From assembly GCF_041886205.1 (NCBI RefSeq), contig NZ_CP169029.1: DNA of 64,000 nucleotides; one strand, 5' to 3'. Below the pieces are notes generated by a model. It worked only from the letters and a program-made list of their open reading frames with translations. It searched no databases and was not told the DNA's origin. Origin of the DNA: Escherichia coli (GTDB taxonomy: Bacteria > Pseudomonadota > Gammaproteobacteria > Enterobacterales > Enterobacteriaceae). Positions 10,141 to 20,288 of the stretch are shown here, one piece after another (position 1 is the first letter of the stretch; every line of letters begins with the position of its first letter). Position numbers and translations under genes: made by a program.

Positions 10141-11355
10141 ATGAAGATCGTAAAGGCTGAAGTTTTTGTTACCTGTCCGGGGCGTAATTTCGTCACATTA
10201 AAAATCACCACTGAGGACGGTATTACGGGCCTTGGGGATGCCACCCTCAATGGACGTGAGCTTTCCGTGGCCTCTTATTTGCAGGATCACCTTTGTCCGC
10301 AGCTTATTGGTCGCGATGCGCACCGTATCGAAGATATCTGGCAGTTTTTCTATAAAGGTGCTTACTGGCGTCGCGGTCCGGTTACGATGTCGGCCATTTC
10401 AGCGGTTGATATGGCGCTGTGGGATATTAAAGCCAAAGCTGCCAACATGCCGCTTTACCAGTTACTCGGCGGCGCGTCTCGTGAAGGGGTGATGGTTTAT
10501 TGCCATACCACCGGTCACAGTATTGATGAAGCTCTGGATGATTATGCCCGTCATCAGGAGCTGGGATTCAAAGCCATCCGCGTGCAGTGCGGAATCCCTG
10601 GTATGAAAACCACCTACGGCATGTCGAAAGGTAAAGGTCTGGCTTATGAACCCGCAACCAAAGGACAGTGGCCGGAAGAGCAGCTGTGGTCGACGGAGAA
10701 ATACCTCGATTTCATGCCGAAATTGTTTGACGCGGTACGTAACAAGTTTGGTTTTAATGAACATTTGCTGCATGACATGCACCATCGCTTAACGCCTATT
10801 GAAGCGGCGCGCTTTGGTAAAAGCATTGAAGATTATCGCATGTTCTGGATGGAAGACCCGACGCCTGCGGAAAACCAGGAATGCTTCCGTCTCATTCGCC
10901 AACATACCGTCACACCCATCGCAGTGGGTGAAGTCTTCAACAGCATCTGGGACTGCAAACAACTGATTGAAGAGCAACTCATCGATTATATCCGCACCAC
11001 GCTGACCCATGCAGGCGGAATTACCGGTATGCGCCGGATTGCCGATTTTGCTTCGCTGTATCAGGTACGTACTGGCTCACACGGTCCTTCCGATTTGTCA
11101 CCAGTCTGCATGGCTGCGGCGCTGCACTTTGATCTGTGGGTCCCCAATTTCGGTGTCCAGGAATACATGGGTTATTCCGAACAAATGCTCGAAGTCTTCC
11201 CGCACAACTGGACTTTCGATAACGGCTATATGCATCCGGGAGACAAACCGGGTCTTGGTATCGAATTCGATGAAAAGCTGGCGGCGAAATATCCCTATGA
11301 ACCTGCTTATCTACCAGTCGCACGTCTGGAAGATGGCACGCTGTGGAACTGGTAA
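10141..11355 (+). CDS. rspA: enolase-superfamily mannonate dehydratase / starvation-sensing protein
   Basis: 404 aa from [24 protein letters not shown]...; RBS AAGGAA upstream. Confidence 0.85.
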
Positions 11356-11366
11356 GGAGTAAGATA

Positions 11367-12386
11367 ATGAAAAGCATATTAATTGAAAAACCGAATCAAC
11401 TGGCGATTGTCGAACGTGAAATACCCACCCCGTCAGCGGGTGAAGTACGAGTAAAAGTGAAACTTGCCGGAATTTGTGGTTCAGATAGCCATATTTATCG
11501 TGGGCATAATCCTTTTGCGAAATATCCGCGCGTCATTGGTCATGAATTCTTTGGCGTCATTGATGCAGTGGGTGAAGGCGTGGAAAGCGCCAGAGTCGGT
11601 GAACGTGTTGCTGTCGATCCGGTGGTCAGCTGTGGGCATTGCTATCCGTGCTCTATAGGTAAACCGAACGTTTGTACGACACTGGCTGTATTAGGTGTGC
11701 ACGCTGACGGTGGTTTCAGTGAATATGCCGTGGTTCCGGCAAAAAATGCGTGGAAAATTCCTGAAGCAGTGGCCGATCAATATGCGGTAATGATCGAACC
11801 TTTTACCATTGCGGCTAACGTAACCGGACATGGTCAACCGACTGAAAATGATACCGTTCTGGTTTATGGTGCCGGTCCAATCGGCCTGACGATCGTTCAG
11901 GTATTAAAAGGCGTCTATAACGTTAAAAATGTGATTGTTGCCGATCGCATTGATGAACGACTGGAAAAAGCGAAAGAGAGCGGGGCTGACTGGGCGATTA
12001 ATAACAGCCAGACACCGCTTGGCGAGATTTTCACTGAAAAAGACATCAAGCCGACATTAATTATCGATGCGGCTTGTCATCCTTCTATCCTGAAAGAGGC
12101 CGTAACGCTGGCTTCTCCAGCGGCACGTATTGTATTGATGGGCTTCTCCAGTGAACCGTCTGAAGTGATTCAGCAAGGAATTACCGGAAAAGAACTCTCT
12201 ATTTTCTCTTCACGCTTAAATGCAAATAAATTCCCGGTCGTTATCGACTGGTTAAGTAAAGGGTTAATTAAACCAGAAAAATTAATTACCCATACGTTTG
12301 ATTTCCAGCATGTTGCTGATGCCATTAGTTTATTTGAACAGGATCAAAAGCATTGCTGCAAAGTCTTACTCACTTTTTCTGAATAA
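11367..12386 (+). CDS. rspB: Zn-dependent alcohol dehydrogenase-family oxidoreductase
   Basis: 339 aa from MKSILIEKPNQL...; GHEFFG and GAGPIG motifs; RBS GGTAAGGAG. Confidence 0.85.
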   Translation: MKSILIEKPNQLAIVEREIPTPSAGEVRVKVKLAGICGSDSHIYRGHNPFAKYPRVIGHEFFGVIDAVGEGVESARVGERVAVDPVVSCGHCYPCSIGKPNVCTTLAVLGVHADGGFSEYAVVPAKNAWKIPEAVADQYAVMIEPFTIAANVTGHGQPTENDTVLVYGAGPIGLTIVQVLKGVYNVKNVIVADRIDERLEKAKESGADWAINNSQTPLGEIFTEKDIKPTLIIDAACHPSILKEAVTLASPAARIVLMGFSSEPSEVIQQGITGKELSIFSSRLNANKFPVVIDWLSKGLIKPEKLITHTFDFQHVADAISLFEQDQKHCCKVLLTFSE

Positions 12387-12443
12387 TACTAATAACGGCG
12401 AGTAAGTAGTACGCATCTTACCTCTTTTTTAGAGATAACCATT

Positions 12444-12536
12444 ATGACAATAGAAAAACACGAAAGAAGCACTAAGGATTTGGTGAAAGCAGCAGTATCG
12501 GGATGGCTGGGCACTGCGCTTGAATTTATGGATTTC
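12444..12536 (+). pseudogene. ydfJ: 5' fragment of ydfJ (MFS transporter) cut by prophage insertion
   Basis: MTIEKHERSTKDLVKAAVSGWLGTALEFMDF then diverges; the rest of the protein resumes in frame at 36643 (MDFQLYSLGAA...). Confidence 0.7.
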
Positions 12537-12573
12537 AAGAGTCATACGTGTCAACTATTTGATAAATATTAAA

Positions 12574-13869
12574 TTAATTTTTCATTGCTTCGTTATGGGG
12601 CATGGTTGGGGCAAACTCGCTTAACTGTGTATTTAACAAAGCTACCTGTGCATTATTGTTTTCAGACATCCATTTTCCGTATACCTGAAATACCATTTGC
12701 GCATCTGCATGGCCCATCTGGTTTGCTATAAATGCCGGGTTAGCACCAGCTGTCAGCGACCAGCAGGCATAAGTATGTCTCGACTGATATGATTTTCGAT
12801 GGCGGAGTCCGGCACGTTTTATCGCTGCGTCCCACATCTGCCTTATTGAGTCAACGGTAAAATGGTCACCATAATTTTTTACTCTCGCTGACACTTCAGG
12901 TTGAAAAACAAAGGTGCATTTATGTTTTTCTGTTCTGCCATACTCTCTGAGGTGAACATCAATGATATGCTCTTTGCTCAGTCTCGTTAATGTCATCTGA
13001 CTCCGGAGAGCGTCGATTGCTGGCTTAATAAGATGAATGACCCGATTGGTTCCCGCCTGTGTTTTTGGGACCGTGAAACGGTCTTTTGCTAAATTTCTCC
13101 TGATCATCATTGTTCCATTTTTCAGATCTATGTCCTCCCATCCAAGTGCACACAGCTCACCAGGGCGAACGCCAGTATAAACAGAAACACACCATAAATT
13201 TTTGGCTTGCTGATTTCTGCACGCATCGATAAGACGGATGAATTCCTCCCGCGAAAGAGGATCCGGAATGGTTCTTGATTCCTTTAATGGCGAGATCCCC
13301 TTAAACGGGTTATCTGCCAGGTAACCGTTATCAACACCAAACTGGAACACGGCGTTAAGATTTGTCATGTAATTATTTACAGTTACAGCCGATCTCCCTG
13401 GTTGTGTAACAATATAGTTACTTTTGGGGATCTGGTATCCAGTCAGTAGCTCTTTACGAACCTCCAGTAATTTTTCTTTATTAATCGATGAGGCAAGATT
13501 TTTTTCACCGATTATGCTCAGGATATTTTTGATGACGGCACGGTATGTGTTGAGTGATGTTTTGGCGACTTCAGTTTCTTTCAGTGCCAGAAATTTTTCA
13601 GCCAGTTCTTTTATGGTTAAATCTTGTCGGGCCTCACCAAATTTTTCCAGATTGCGTGAGGAGGGAAACTGTTTTGCATAGTCGAAAACACCAGTTTTTA
13701 TTGCGTAACAAACAGAGGAGCGTAGTTCACCTGCAACGCGCCTGTTTTTTGCTGTGTCAGGAACCCCCAGATTTTCCCTGACTCTTACGCCTTTATAAAC
13801 AAACCAGATACGTAATTTCCCTCCATGGTTTTCCACGCCTGTCGGATATTTCATTTCAACTTCTCTCAT
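12574..13869 (-). CDS. phage tyrosine integrase
   Basis: 431 aa; C-terminal catalytic region with R...HxxR...Y signature (RHTYACWSL...); located at the att junction. Confidence 0.9.
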   Translation of the reverse strand: MREVEMKYPTGVENHGGKLRIWFVYKGVRVRENLGVPDTAKNRRVAGELRSSVCYAIKTGVFDYAKQFPSSRNLEKFGEARQDLTIKELAEKFLALKETEVAKTSLNTYRAVIKNILSIIGEKNLASSINKEKLLEVRKELLTGYQIPKSNYIVTQPGRSAVTVNNYMTNLNAVFQFGVDNGYLADNPFKGISPLKESRTIPDPLSREEFIRLIDACRNQQAKNLWCVSVYTGVRPGELCALGWEDIDLKNGTMMIRRNLAKDRFTVPKTQAGTNRVIHLIKPAIDALRSQMTLTRLSKEHIIDVHLREYGRTEKHKCTFVFQPEVSARVKNYGDHFTVDSIRQMWDAAIKRAGLRHRKSYQSRHTYACWSLTAGANPAFIANQMGHADAQMVFQVYGKWMSENNNAQVALLNTQLSEFAPTMPHNEAMKN

Positions 13870-13888
13870 TAGTTAGTGTGGCTTTTAG

Positions 13889-14140
13889 TCAAGTAAGATG
13901 ACGTCTTGGTCTTGCTGATGCCTGGCGCTCAATCCAGCGATCAATTTCTTCCAGGTTGTAAAAGCATGGACTGTTATCCCATGGCATACCGTCATGAGCG
14001 ACATGCTTATATTCCCTTCCTTCCATAAACGATTTTTCCCGGGCCTTTTTTAACGTACCTTTTTTTATTCCTTTCAGCGCAATTAACTGCTCTTCGGATA
14101 CCCATTTGCCGGGAGAGACAATCATGATTACTTCGCTCAT
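13889..14140 (-). CDS. excisionase-like protein
   Basis: 83 aa; KWVSEEQLIALKGIKKGTL...GREYKHV pattern typical of lambdoid excisionase-like proteins; directly upstream of int. Confidence 0.6.
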   Translation of the reverse strand: MSEVIMIVSPGKWVSEEQLIALKGIKKGTLKKAREKSFMEGREYKHVAHDGMPWDNSPCFYNLEEIDRWIERQASARPRRHLT

Positions 14141-15989
14141 CGATTTCTTTATCTCTTACATCAGACGAGCGCCGGTTGCAGAATACCAGTCACAACCGGC
14201 GACAGTTGAACATTAAGAATCAGCCTGACTCGGGATCAGTTTTTGCCAGATAGCTGAAACGTATTTTGCCTGGTAACGGGCGTCATCAAGTGCATTATGG
14301 CGCTCACCTTCGAATGGAATAGCCGTTCTGGCATCGAAGTCTATGGCTTTCCCCAGCTCAACGATTGTGCGTACATCGCGATCGTTGTAGTAACGCCACG
14401 GGCAGGGGATCCCCTGCCGTTCGTATGAACGGCGCAAAATCGTGTTGTCGAAGTTGGCTCCATTTCCCCAGACATGAACAAAAAATTCACCGGAGTTTTC
14501 GTCGATAAATTCCCGCAATTGTAACAGTGCATCATCTAACGGGATTTCATCGGTCATAATGGCAGATTGCGCTTCGCGTGATTGTTTAAGCCACCATTTA
14601 ATGGTGTCCCGATCAATGACTCCGCCAGCAGTTTCCAGATCGATAGTCTTACTAAATTCCGGTCCCATATCTCCGGTTTGCGGATCGAAAAATATTGCAC
14701 CTATTGAGATAATCGGGGCATCGGGATTTTTTCCCATGGTTTCAAGGTCGATCATCAGATGAATCCCCGCTCTGCTGGTGGATGTGAGATTATGATGACC
14801 GTTTGCCTTAATTAAGGGATCTGACGCCTCGCCAGTTTCACTATCGCTGGCATGATGCTGATTGCCGCCAGTGTTCTCCTTGTGCTGATGCGCAGTGCCT
14901 TCTATTTCCTCCGGATCATTTTCCTGAACTTCAGGCTGATTCTCTCCATCGAATATTTCCTGGTATGTTGCGTCACCCATCACCGCACCACAATCAGGGC
15001 AGTTGCCGCCACCGCTCTGACCGCAGGCGGTGCAGATCTTTTCCGGTTCCTGTTGCACTACTGGTTCAGGTTGTTTCGTTTCTGGCTCGTTTTGTTGCAT
15101 ATTTGGGCTGTTTTGTTCCGCTTTCTGGTCGTTCTGTTCCGTTTCTTGCTGGTTCTGGTTCACAGAATCGCGGGTCTGGATCCCCTTAATCCATTTCGGA
15201 TCATTCGGGTCGCTAATCCCTTCAACAAATTCACCACGTGATACTGCAAGCAGTTCATCGGCGTCAGGCTGGCTGATATTGGCTGCCTGCATAATTTTGT
15301 TTACTTCGTCAGCGGTAACTTTTACTGACCCTGGTTGTGCGGTCGTGTCAGATGCACCAGTATTTTGTTGTGAACCTGAGTATGTACCGTTTTTGCGGGC
15401 GAAATATTCTTCTTTCGTGATTTCAGTAGCCCCAGCAGACAGCGCCTTATCCAGACCAGAAAGTTTATTTGCGCGACCGTATTTTTCGCCATCCTTGTCG
15501 GTGAAGAGGAAGTAGAACGGCCCCTCACGTTCTACAGATGGTTCGACTTCCACTTTGCATTCGGTTTTTTCGTTGTCTGGAATTGCCGTTTCCACTGCAT
15601 CAGTTTCTGGTACTGGCGACGAGAGAGTATCAGTTGCGCTCTGATTTGTTCCTTCATCTTCAAACACGCCCTTTGTAGTCAGGTATTCAGTAATGTATTT
15701 GTTCAGTGCCACAGGGTCTTTGTGAATGTCGATCGGACGTTCACGGACAAGGCCAAAAATAGTCTGGCGGTCGTAGCGAAGGGCATCAGGCTGTTTGCGC
15801 ATTGATGCCGAGATACGCTTCCAGTCTTCGCGGTCGTTGTCGATAACTTCATTTTTTGCCCAGCGATGGATGCTGCCGTCAATGTTTCCGGCATCCACAT
15901 CACCAGGCCAGAGAGCGTAGGCCAGTTCGTCATCCTGAACCGCCCCGGGAATCCTGGAGACTAAACTTCCTGAGAAAGAGGTAAACAGG

Positions 15990-16316
15990 ATGACTAAAAA
16001 TACTCGTTTTTCCCCCGAAGTCCGTCAACGGGCAGTCCGTATGGTTCTGGAAAGTCAGAGCGAATATGACTCACAATGGGCGACAATTTGTTCCATTGCT
16101 CCAAAGATTGGCTGTACGCCGGAGACTCTGCGTGTCTGGGTTCGCCAGCATGAGCGGGATACCGGGGGCGGTGATGGAGGGCTCACCACCGCTGAACGTC
16201 AGCGTCTGAAAGAGCTGGAACGTGAAAATCGTGAACTGCGCCGCAGTAACGATATCCTTCGCCAGGCTTCCGCTTATTTTGCGAAGGCGGAGTTCGACCG
16301 CCTCTGGAAAAAATGA
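15990..16316 (+). CDS. IS3-family transposase OrfA (HTH)
   Basis: 108 aa [21 protein letters not shown]...; leucine-zipper-like C-terminus. Confidence 0.85.
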   Translation: MTKNTRFSPEVRQRAVRMVLESQSEYDSQWATICSIAPKIGCTPETLRVWVRQHERDTGGGDGGLTTAERQRLKELERENRELRRSNDILRQASAYFAKAEFDRLWKK

Positions 16317-17203
16317 TGCCACTGCTGGATAAGCTGCGTGAGCAGTACGGGGTCGGACCGCTATGCAGCGAACTGCATATTGCCCCGTCAACGTATTACC
16401 ACTGTCAGCAACAGCGACATCATCCGGATAAACGCAGTGCCCGTGCGCAGCGCGATGACTGGCTGAAGAAAGAGATACAGCGCGTATACGATGAAAATCA
16501 CAAGGTATACGGTGTGCGTAAAGTCTGGCGTCAGTTGTTACGGGAAGGTATCAGAGTGGCCAGATGCACTGTGGCACGTCTCATGGCGGTTATGGGACTT
16601 GCCGGTGTTCTCCGGGGTAAAAAGGTCCGTACGACCATCAGCCGGAAAGCCGTTGCCGCAGGCGACCGCGTAAACCGTCAGTTCGTGGCAGAACGACCTG
16701 ACCAGCTGTGGGTGGCTGATTTTACTTACGTCAGCACATGGCGGGGCTTCGTCTATGTGGCGTTCATCATTGATGTGTTTGCCGGATACATCGTGGGGTG
16801 GCGGGTCTCATCGTCCATGGAAACGACATTCGTGCTGGATGCACTGGAGCAGGCGTTATGGGCCCGTCGACCGTCCGGCACGGTCCATCACAGTGATAAA
16901 GGTTCTCAGTATGTATCGCTGGCCTACACACAGCGGCTTAAGGAAGCCGGATTACTGGCATCAACAGGAAGTACAGGCGACTCGTATGACAACGCGATGG
17001 CGGAGAGCATCAATGGTCTTTACAAAGCGGAGGTAATACACCGTAAGAGCTGGAAAAACCGTGCAGAAGTGGAACTGGCCACACTCACGTGGGTGGACTG
17101 GTATAACAATCGACGATTGCTGGAAAGGCTGGGCCATACTCCTCCGGCAGAAGCAGAAAAAGCTTATTATGCTTCCATCGGAAACGATGATCTGGCAGCC
17201 TGA
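16313..17203 (+). CDS. IS3-family transposase OrfB (DDE integrase core)
   Basis: 296 aa with rve-type DDE domain; overlaps orfA in -1 frame. Confidence 0.85.
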   Translation: MMPLLDKLREQYGVGPLCSELHIAPSTYYHCQQQRHHPDKRSARAQRDDWLKKEIQRVYDENHKVYGVRKVWRQLLREGIRVARCTVARLMAVMGLAGVLRGKKVRTTISRKAVAAGDRVNRQFVAERPDQLWVADFTYVSTWRGFVYVAFIIDVFAGYIVGWRVSSSMETTFVLDALEQALWARRPSGTVHHSDKGSQYVSLAYTQRLKEAGLLASTGSTGDSYDNAMAESINGLYKAEVIHRKSWKNRAEVELATLTWVDWYNNRRLLERLGHTPPAEAEKAYYASIGNDDLAA

Positions 17204-18017
17204 GTTCACAGATAAAACACTCTCCAGGAAACCCGGGGCGGTTCATCCAGTGTTTTCCATGTCTGCTTGTATTCGCGATGAATGGCAGCAATGACCGGGT
17301 TGATTTTTCCTGTTGAATTTTCAGTGTGCTGTTGATTGGCTCTGGCACGGGCGAGATCAACAACAGACGTGTATTTTCCGGCTTCCTTGCGTTCACCTTC
17401 GCGACGTTTTTTCCAGATGCGCATCTCTGCCTGAATTTCGGGCCATTTGGCACCAGGCTTACATTTATGCTTAACCCACCCGATGGCATGCAGCTTAAGC
17501 TCCGGATACATAGCGTTAACTTCTGGCATTTTCATCAACGCTTCAACGATATGGCCGTCGAATGTTGCCATGTCTTCCTGCAACAATTCCTGTGCGCTAA
17601 TCACCATATCAACAGTGATGTTTTCACATGTGTCGAACTTAACCATGACAGCGTTCTGTACTTCAGGGGCTAGGTTGTCAAAAGTGACGTTCATCGGATC
17701 GGATTCAGTCTCGACCGGGACAAAGGAAGCAGACGCCTCATCCCAGCGGTTTTCCTGCATATATTCAGCATCCCAGGAATCGAGGGCAGGGCGGGGTATA
17801 CCGGGTTTATCCTCGCAAACAAGAAATTTATAAGCGCAGTCCTGAGCAGCCGGATAATGTTCCAGGAATTGCCAGTGAAATTTTGCGCGGGCGCGACGTT
17901 CATCACCGGCTTCAATGGCAGTGGCTACAGTGAGACGAACTTCGCCGTGCGCTTTCGTGTTGTGTGCCTGCTTTTAACCACGTCAGGCGAGGTGGTATCC
18001 TTAAAATCACCACAGTT

Positions 18018-18593
18018 TTAAGGATTCATTAAGCAATGTCGCAACCACCAATAAATCCGCTTAAGAACATGAAAATTGATTACTGGTATAAAGCGCTTAC
18101 AGTTGTTGGCGCTGCGTTGTTTGTCTTTAATGGAACGTCTTTTTTTGACAGATATCCCGTTGTTCCATTGGATTTTTTGTCCTCCGGCATCTTTTTTATT
18201 GGTTTGGGGGAGTGGATTAATCACCCTCTCAAAGTGAGATTTATTGGTCCTGGAGTTTGGACTCGTGGATATAATCGTTCTTAGTGCGCACTCGGTATCA
18301 TCTTCGACATACTTGGTTGTTTCCTGATTGTTACAGGAGTCGTCAAGTTCTTCTGATGTAAAACCGCAAATGGGGCACGTAACGGGAATTTTGAAAAGCG
18401 TTTCTCCGGGTTCCAGAACAAAATTTTCTGCGGTCTGATTTTGCTTCTCATATTTGTGCTCCGCGTCATTGTGAGAGCACATTCTTATTCTGAGTGCCTG
18501 TTTAAACTCACTGAAGCTGAGAGCTTCTTCGCCTTCGGCAAGACCTTCGAAGTATTCTTCGTAAGCCTTTTCCATGATTGTGTCGAAATCCAT
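18018..18593 (-). CDS. hypothetical phage early protein; C-terminal half doubtful
   Basis: Start at MDFDTIMEKAYEEYF...; first ~110 aa look protein-like, the rest is K/R-rich low complexity and overlaps a plausible plus-strand ORF. Confidence 0.35.
   Translation of the reverse strand: MDFDTIMEKAYEEYFEGLAEGEEALSFSEFKQALRIRMCSHNDAEHKYEKQNQTAENFVLEPGETLFKIPVTCPICGFTSEELDDSCNNQETTKYVEDDTECALRTIISTSPNSRTNKSHFERVINPLPQTNKKDAGGQKIQWNNGISVKKRRSIKDKQRSANNCKRFIPVINFHVLKRIYWWLRHCLMNP
18036..18284 (+). CDS. hypothetical small membrane protein (two predicted TM helices)
   Basis: 82 aa with hydrophobic segments ALTVVGAALFVF and SGIFFIGLGEWI; RBS AAGGA upstream; lies antisense within the 18018-18593 ORF. 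Confidence 0.3.
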   Translation: MSQPPINPLKNMKIDYWYKALTVVGAALFVFNGTSFFDRYPVVPLDFLSSGIFFIGLGEWINHPLKVRFIGPGVWTRGYNRS

Positions 18594-18594
18594 A

Positions 18595-18831
18595 TCACTC
18601 ACCTGAGTTTCTTTCCAGCCAGCGACGGGCACCATTTTCGGTTTTAAACGTTTTGCTTTTGGTATACGTCATCGCGGTGAACGTACCGTCCTGGTTGGGG
18701 AACACGCCACATACCGGAGATTCGCTGTTGCCAAGATCGATAGTATCCATGCTGACCTCATTTCCCCTTAACGCCGGGGTAGCGGAACAAAAACCTGCTG
18801 CATAGTTATTAAAGTTGAACCCTGCCGTCAT
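18595..18831 (-). CDS. hypothetical phage early protein
   Basis: 78 aa ORF; stop overlaps next start (TGAtATG arrangement), suggesting translational coupling. Confidence 0.4.
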   Translation of the reverse strand: MTAGFNFNNYAAGFCSATPALRGNEVSMDTIDLGNSESPVCGVFPNQDGTFTAMTYTKSKTFKTENGARRWLERNSGE

Positions 18832-19047
18832 GTTCTTACGCCTCGGGCTGGCTACTTAACCCCTGACCACTGCCTGGTAACTCGAAGTATTGCCCTGCAT
18901 TCTGTGGGGCGGGGTGGGTGGCAGGCATATAATGTACTTTGCGTTCATTGTTGTAAAGTACTTTTAGTACATTTTGTGTGTAAAAAAATGAGATGGGATA
19001 AAGTGAAGCACAAACCCGGAGGAAGGCGCTACCGGATTTATGCTGGT

Positions 19048-19467
19048 TTAAGAGGCTTTTTGTTTTTTCTTTCGTGCTAACTCTTCGTAAATTGCATTGT
19101 ACTTCTGTTTTTTCTCTTCAAGAGTTTTTAAAAGTTCATCTGTCTCACTGTCAGGGAGCTCGTCCAGAAGGTCAATGATGATTTTTTGTCTTGGATTTAA
19201 CTCCTGATAGAAACGTACCTGTCCACTTTCTTCTGTATCCTCTCCCAAAAGATAGGTTGGTGTTGTTCCTATTAGTGTTGCTAATTCCCTTAATTTCTCC
19301 CGGCGAGGAATTGTTTCGCCATTAAACCATTTGCTAACCGCTTTTGGTGTTAATTTCATTCGACGGGCAATTTCTGCCTGCCTTCCATGTTGTTCATAAC
19401 CAGCGTTTTCACAGGCTAGCGCAAGCCTACTGGCGAACTCTTTACGCGCTTTATCTTCATGAACCAT
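19048..19467 (-). CDS. prophage repressor, XRE-family HTH (RacR/DicA-like)
   Basis: 139 aa; HTH QAEIARRMKLTPKAVSKWFNGETIP; divergent from a Cro-like gene. Confidence 0.7.
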   Translation of the reverse strand: MVHEDKARKEFASRLALACENAGYEQHGRQAEIARRMKLTPKAVSKWFNGETIPRREKLRELATLIGTTPTYLLGEDTEESGQVRFYQELNPRQKIIIDLLDELPDSETDELLKTLEEKKQKYNAIYEELARKKKQKAS

Positions 19468-19546
19468 AAGTTCAATGATATTCGCTCTTGAATGTACTGT
19501 CAGTTCTGTTATAGCATGTACTCAAAGTTCACACTGTGAGGGTGAT
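19468..19546. promoter_or_regulatory. divergent immunity promoter/operator region
   Basis: 79-bp intergenic region between repressor and Cro-like gene; direct repeats TGTACT at 19493-19498 and 19517-19522. Confidence 0.4.
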
Positions 19547-19801
19547 ATGAACCAGAAAACACTTGAAGATGTAATCAAAACTGTTCGCGTTGCTGTTGTG
19601 GCCGACGTTTGTGGTGTCAGCCAAAGAGCAATCTATAAATGGATGGATAACGGAAAATTGCCTCGCACAGAATATACCGGCGAAACAAATTACGCTGAAA
19701 AAATCGCTCTTGCATCAAACGGATTATTTTCTGCCGATGCAATTTTAACTATTGGCAGGAATAAAACTACTACGAAAAAGCTGATGGGAGTTGATTCATG
19801 A
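19547..19801 (+). CDS. Cro-like / YdaS-like small DNA-binding protein
   Basis: 84 aa from MNQKTLEDVIKT...; RBS GAGGG; position opposite the repressor. Confidence 0.55.
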   Translation: MNQKTLEDVIKTVRVAVVADVCGVSQRAIYKWMDNGKLPRTEYTGETNYAEKIALASNGLFSADAILTIGRNKTTTKKLMGVDS

Positions 19802-20223
19802 AAATCAAGCATGAACACATCCGCATGGCGATGAATGCCTGGGCGCATCCGGACGGCGAAAAAGTACCGGCTGCGAAAATTACCAAAGCGTATTTCGAGC
19901 TGGGAATGACGTTCCCGGAACTGTATGACGACAGCCATCCGGAAGCCCTGGCTCGCAATACTCAGAAAATTTTCCGCTGGGTGGAGAAAGACACCCCTGA
20001 TGCGGTTAAAAAAATTCAGGCGTTGTTACCAGCTATCGAAAAAGCAATGCCACCTCTGCTGGTGGCCCGAATGCGCAGTCATAGCTCAGCCTATTTTCGG
20101 GAACTAGTGGAGACGCGGGAACGACTGGTGAGAGACGCTGATGATTTTGTCGCAGTGGCGATCGCTGGTTTCAACCAGATGAATCGTGGTGGCCCTGCAG
20201 GAAATATTGTGGTTGTGCATTGA
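19798..20223 (+). CDS. YdaT-like protein
   Basis: 141 aa starting MKIKHEHI..., third gene of a RacR-YdaS-YdaT-type module; overlaps upstream stop. Confidence 0.5.
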   Translation: MKIKHEHIRMAMNAWAHPDGEKVPAAKITKAYFELGMTFPELYDDSHPEALARNTQKIFRWVEKDTPDAVKKIQALLPAIEKAMPPLLVARMRSHSSAYFRELVETRERLVRDADDFVAVAIAGFNQMNRGGPAGNIVVVH

Positions 20224-20288
20224 CTCGCAATATTCATACCGGATCACTTCCGGCAATTTGTGAGTAAAAAGATTCGGTATCAAAAGAG

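Larger units (their letters stand above)
15936..17245 (+). mobile_element. IS629-like IS3-family insertion sequence (1310 bp)
   Basis: Imperfect terminal inverted repeats TGAACCGCCCCGGG...; orfA/orfB overlap with A6 slippery run; 3-bp target duplication TCC at 15933-15935 and 17246-17248. Confidence 0.85.
14213..17760 (-). pseudogene. phage exonuclease gene (C-terminal DEDDh 3'-5' exonuclease domain) interrupted by IS629
   Basis: N-terminal part 17249-17760 and C-terminal part 14213-15932 are in the same frame once the IS and one TSD copy are removed (about 745 aa); DEDDh motifs LMIDLETMG, HVWGNGANFD, HNALDDA. Confidence 0.6.

Noticed and set aside
14341-15528. Antisense ORFs inside the exonuclease gene (14559..14762 +, 14852..15241 +, 14965..15189 +, 15030..15515 +, 15322..15528 -)
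   Set aside because: They overlap a long sense ORF with clear DEDDh motifs; composition (Phe/Cys/Leu/Arg-rich) is typical of antisense translation of an acidic repeat region.
17447-17915. ORFs 17447..17833 (+) and 17691..17915 (-) near the IS629 junction
   Set aside because: They overlap the N-terminal exonuclease fragment or lack RBS; no domain content.
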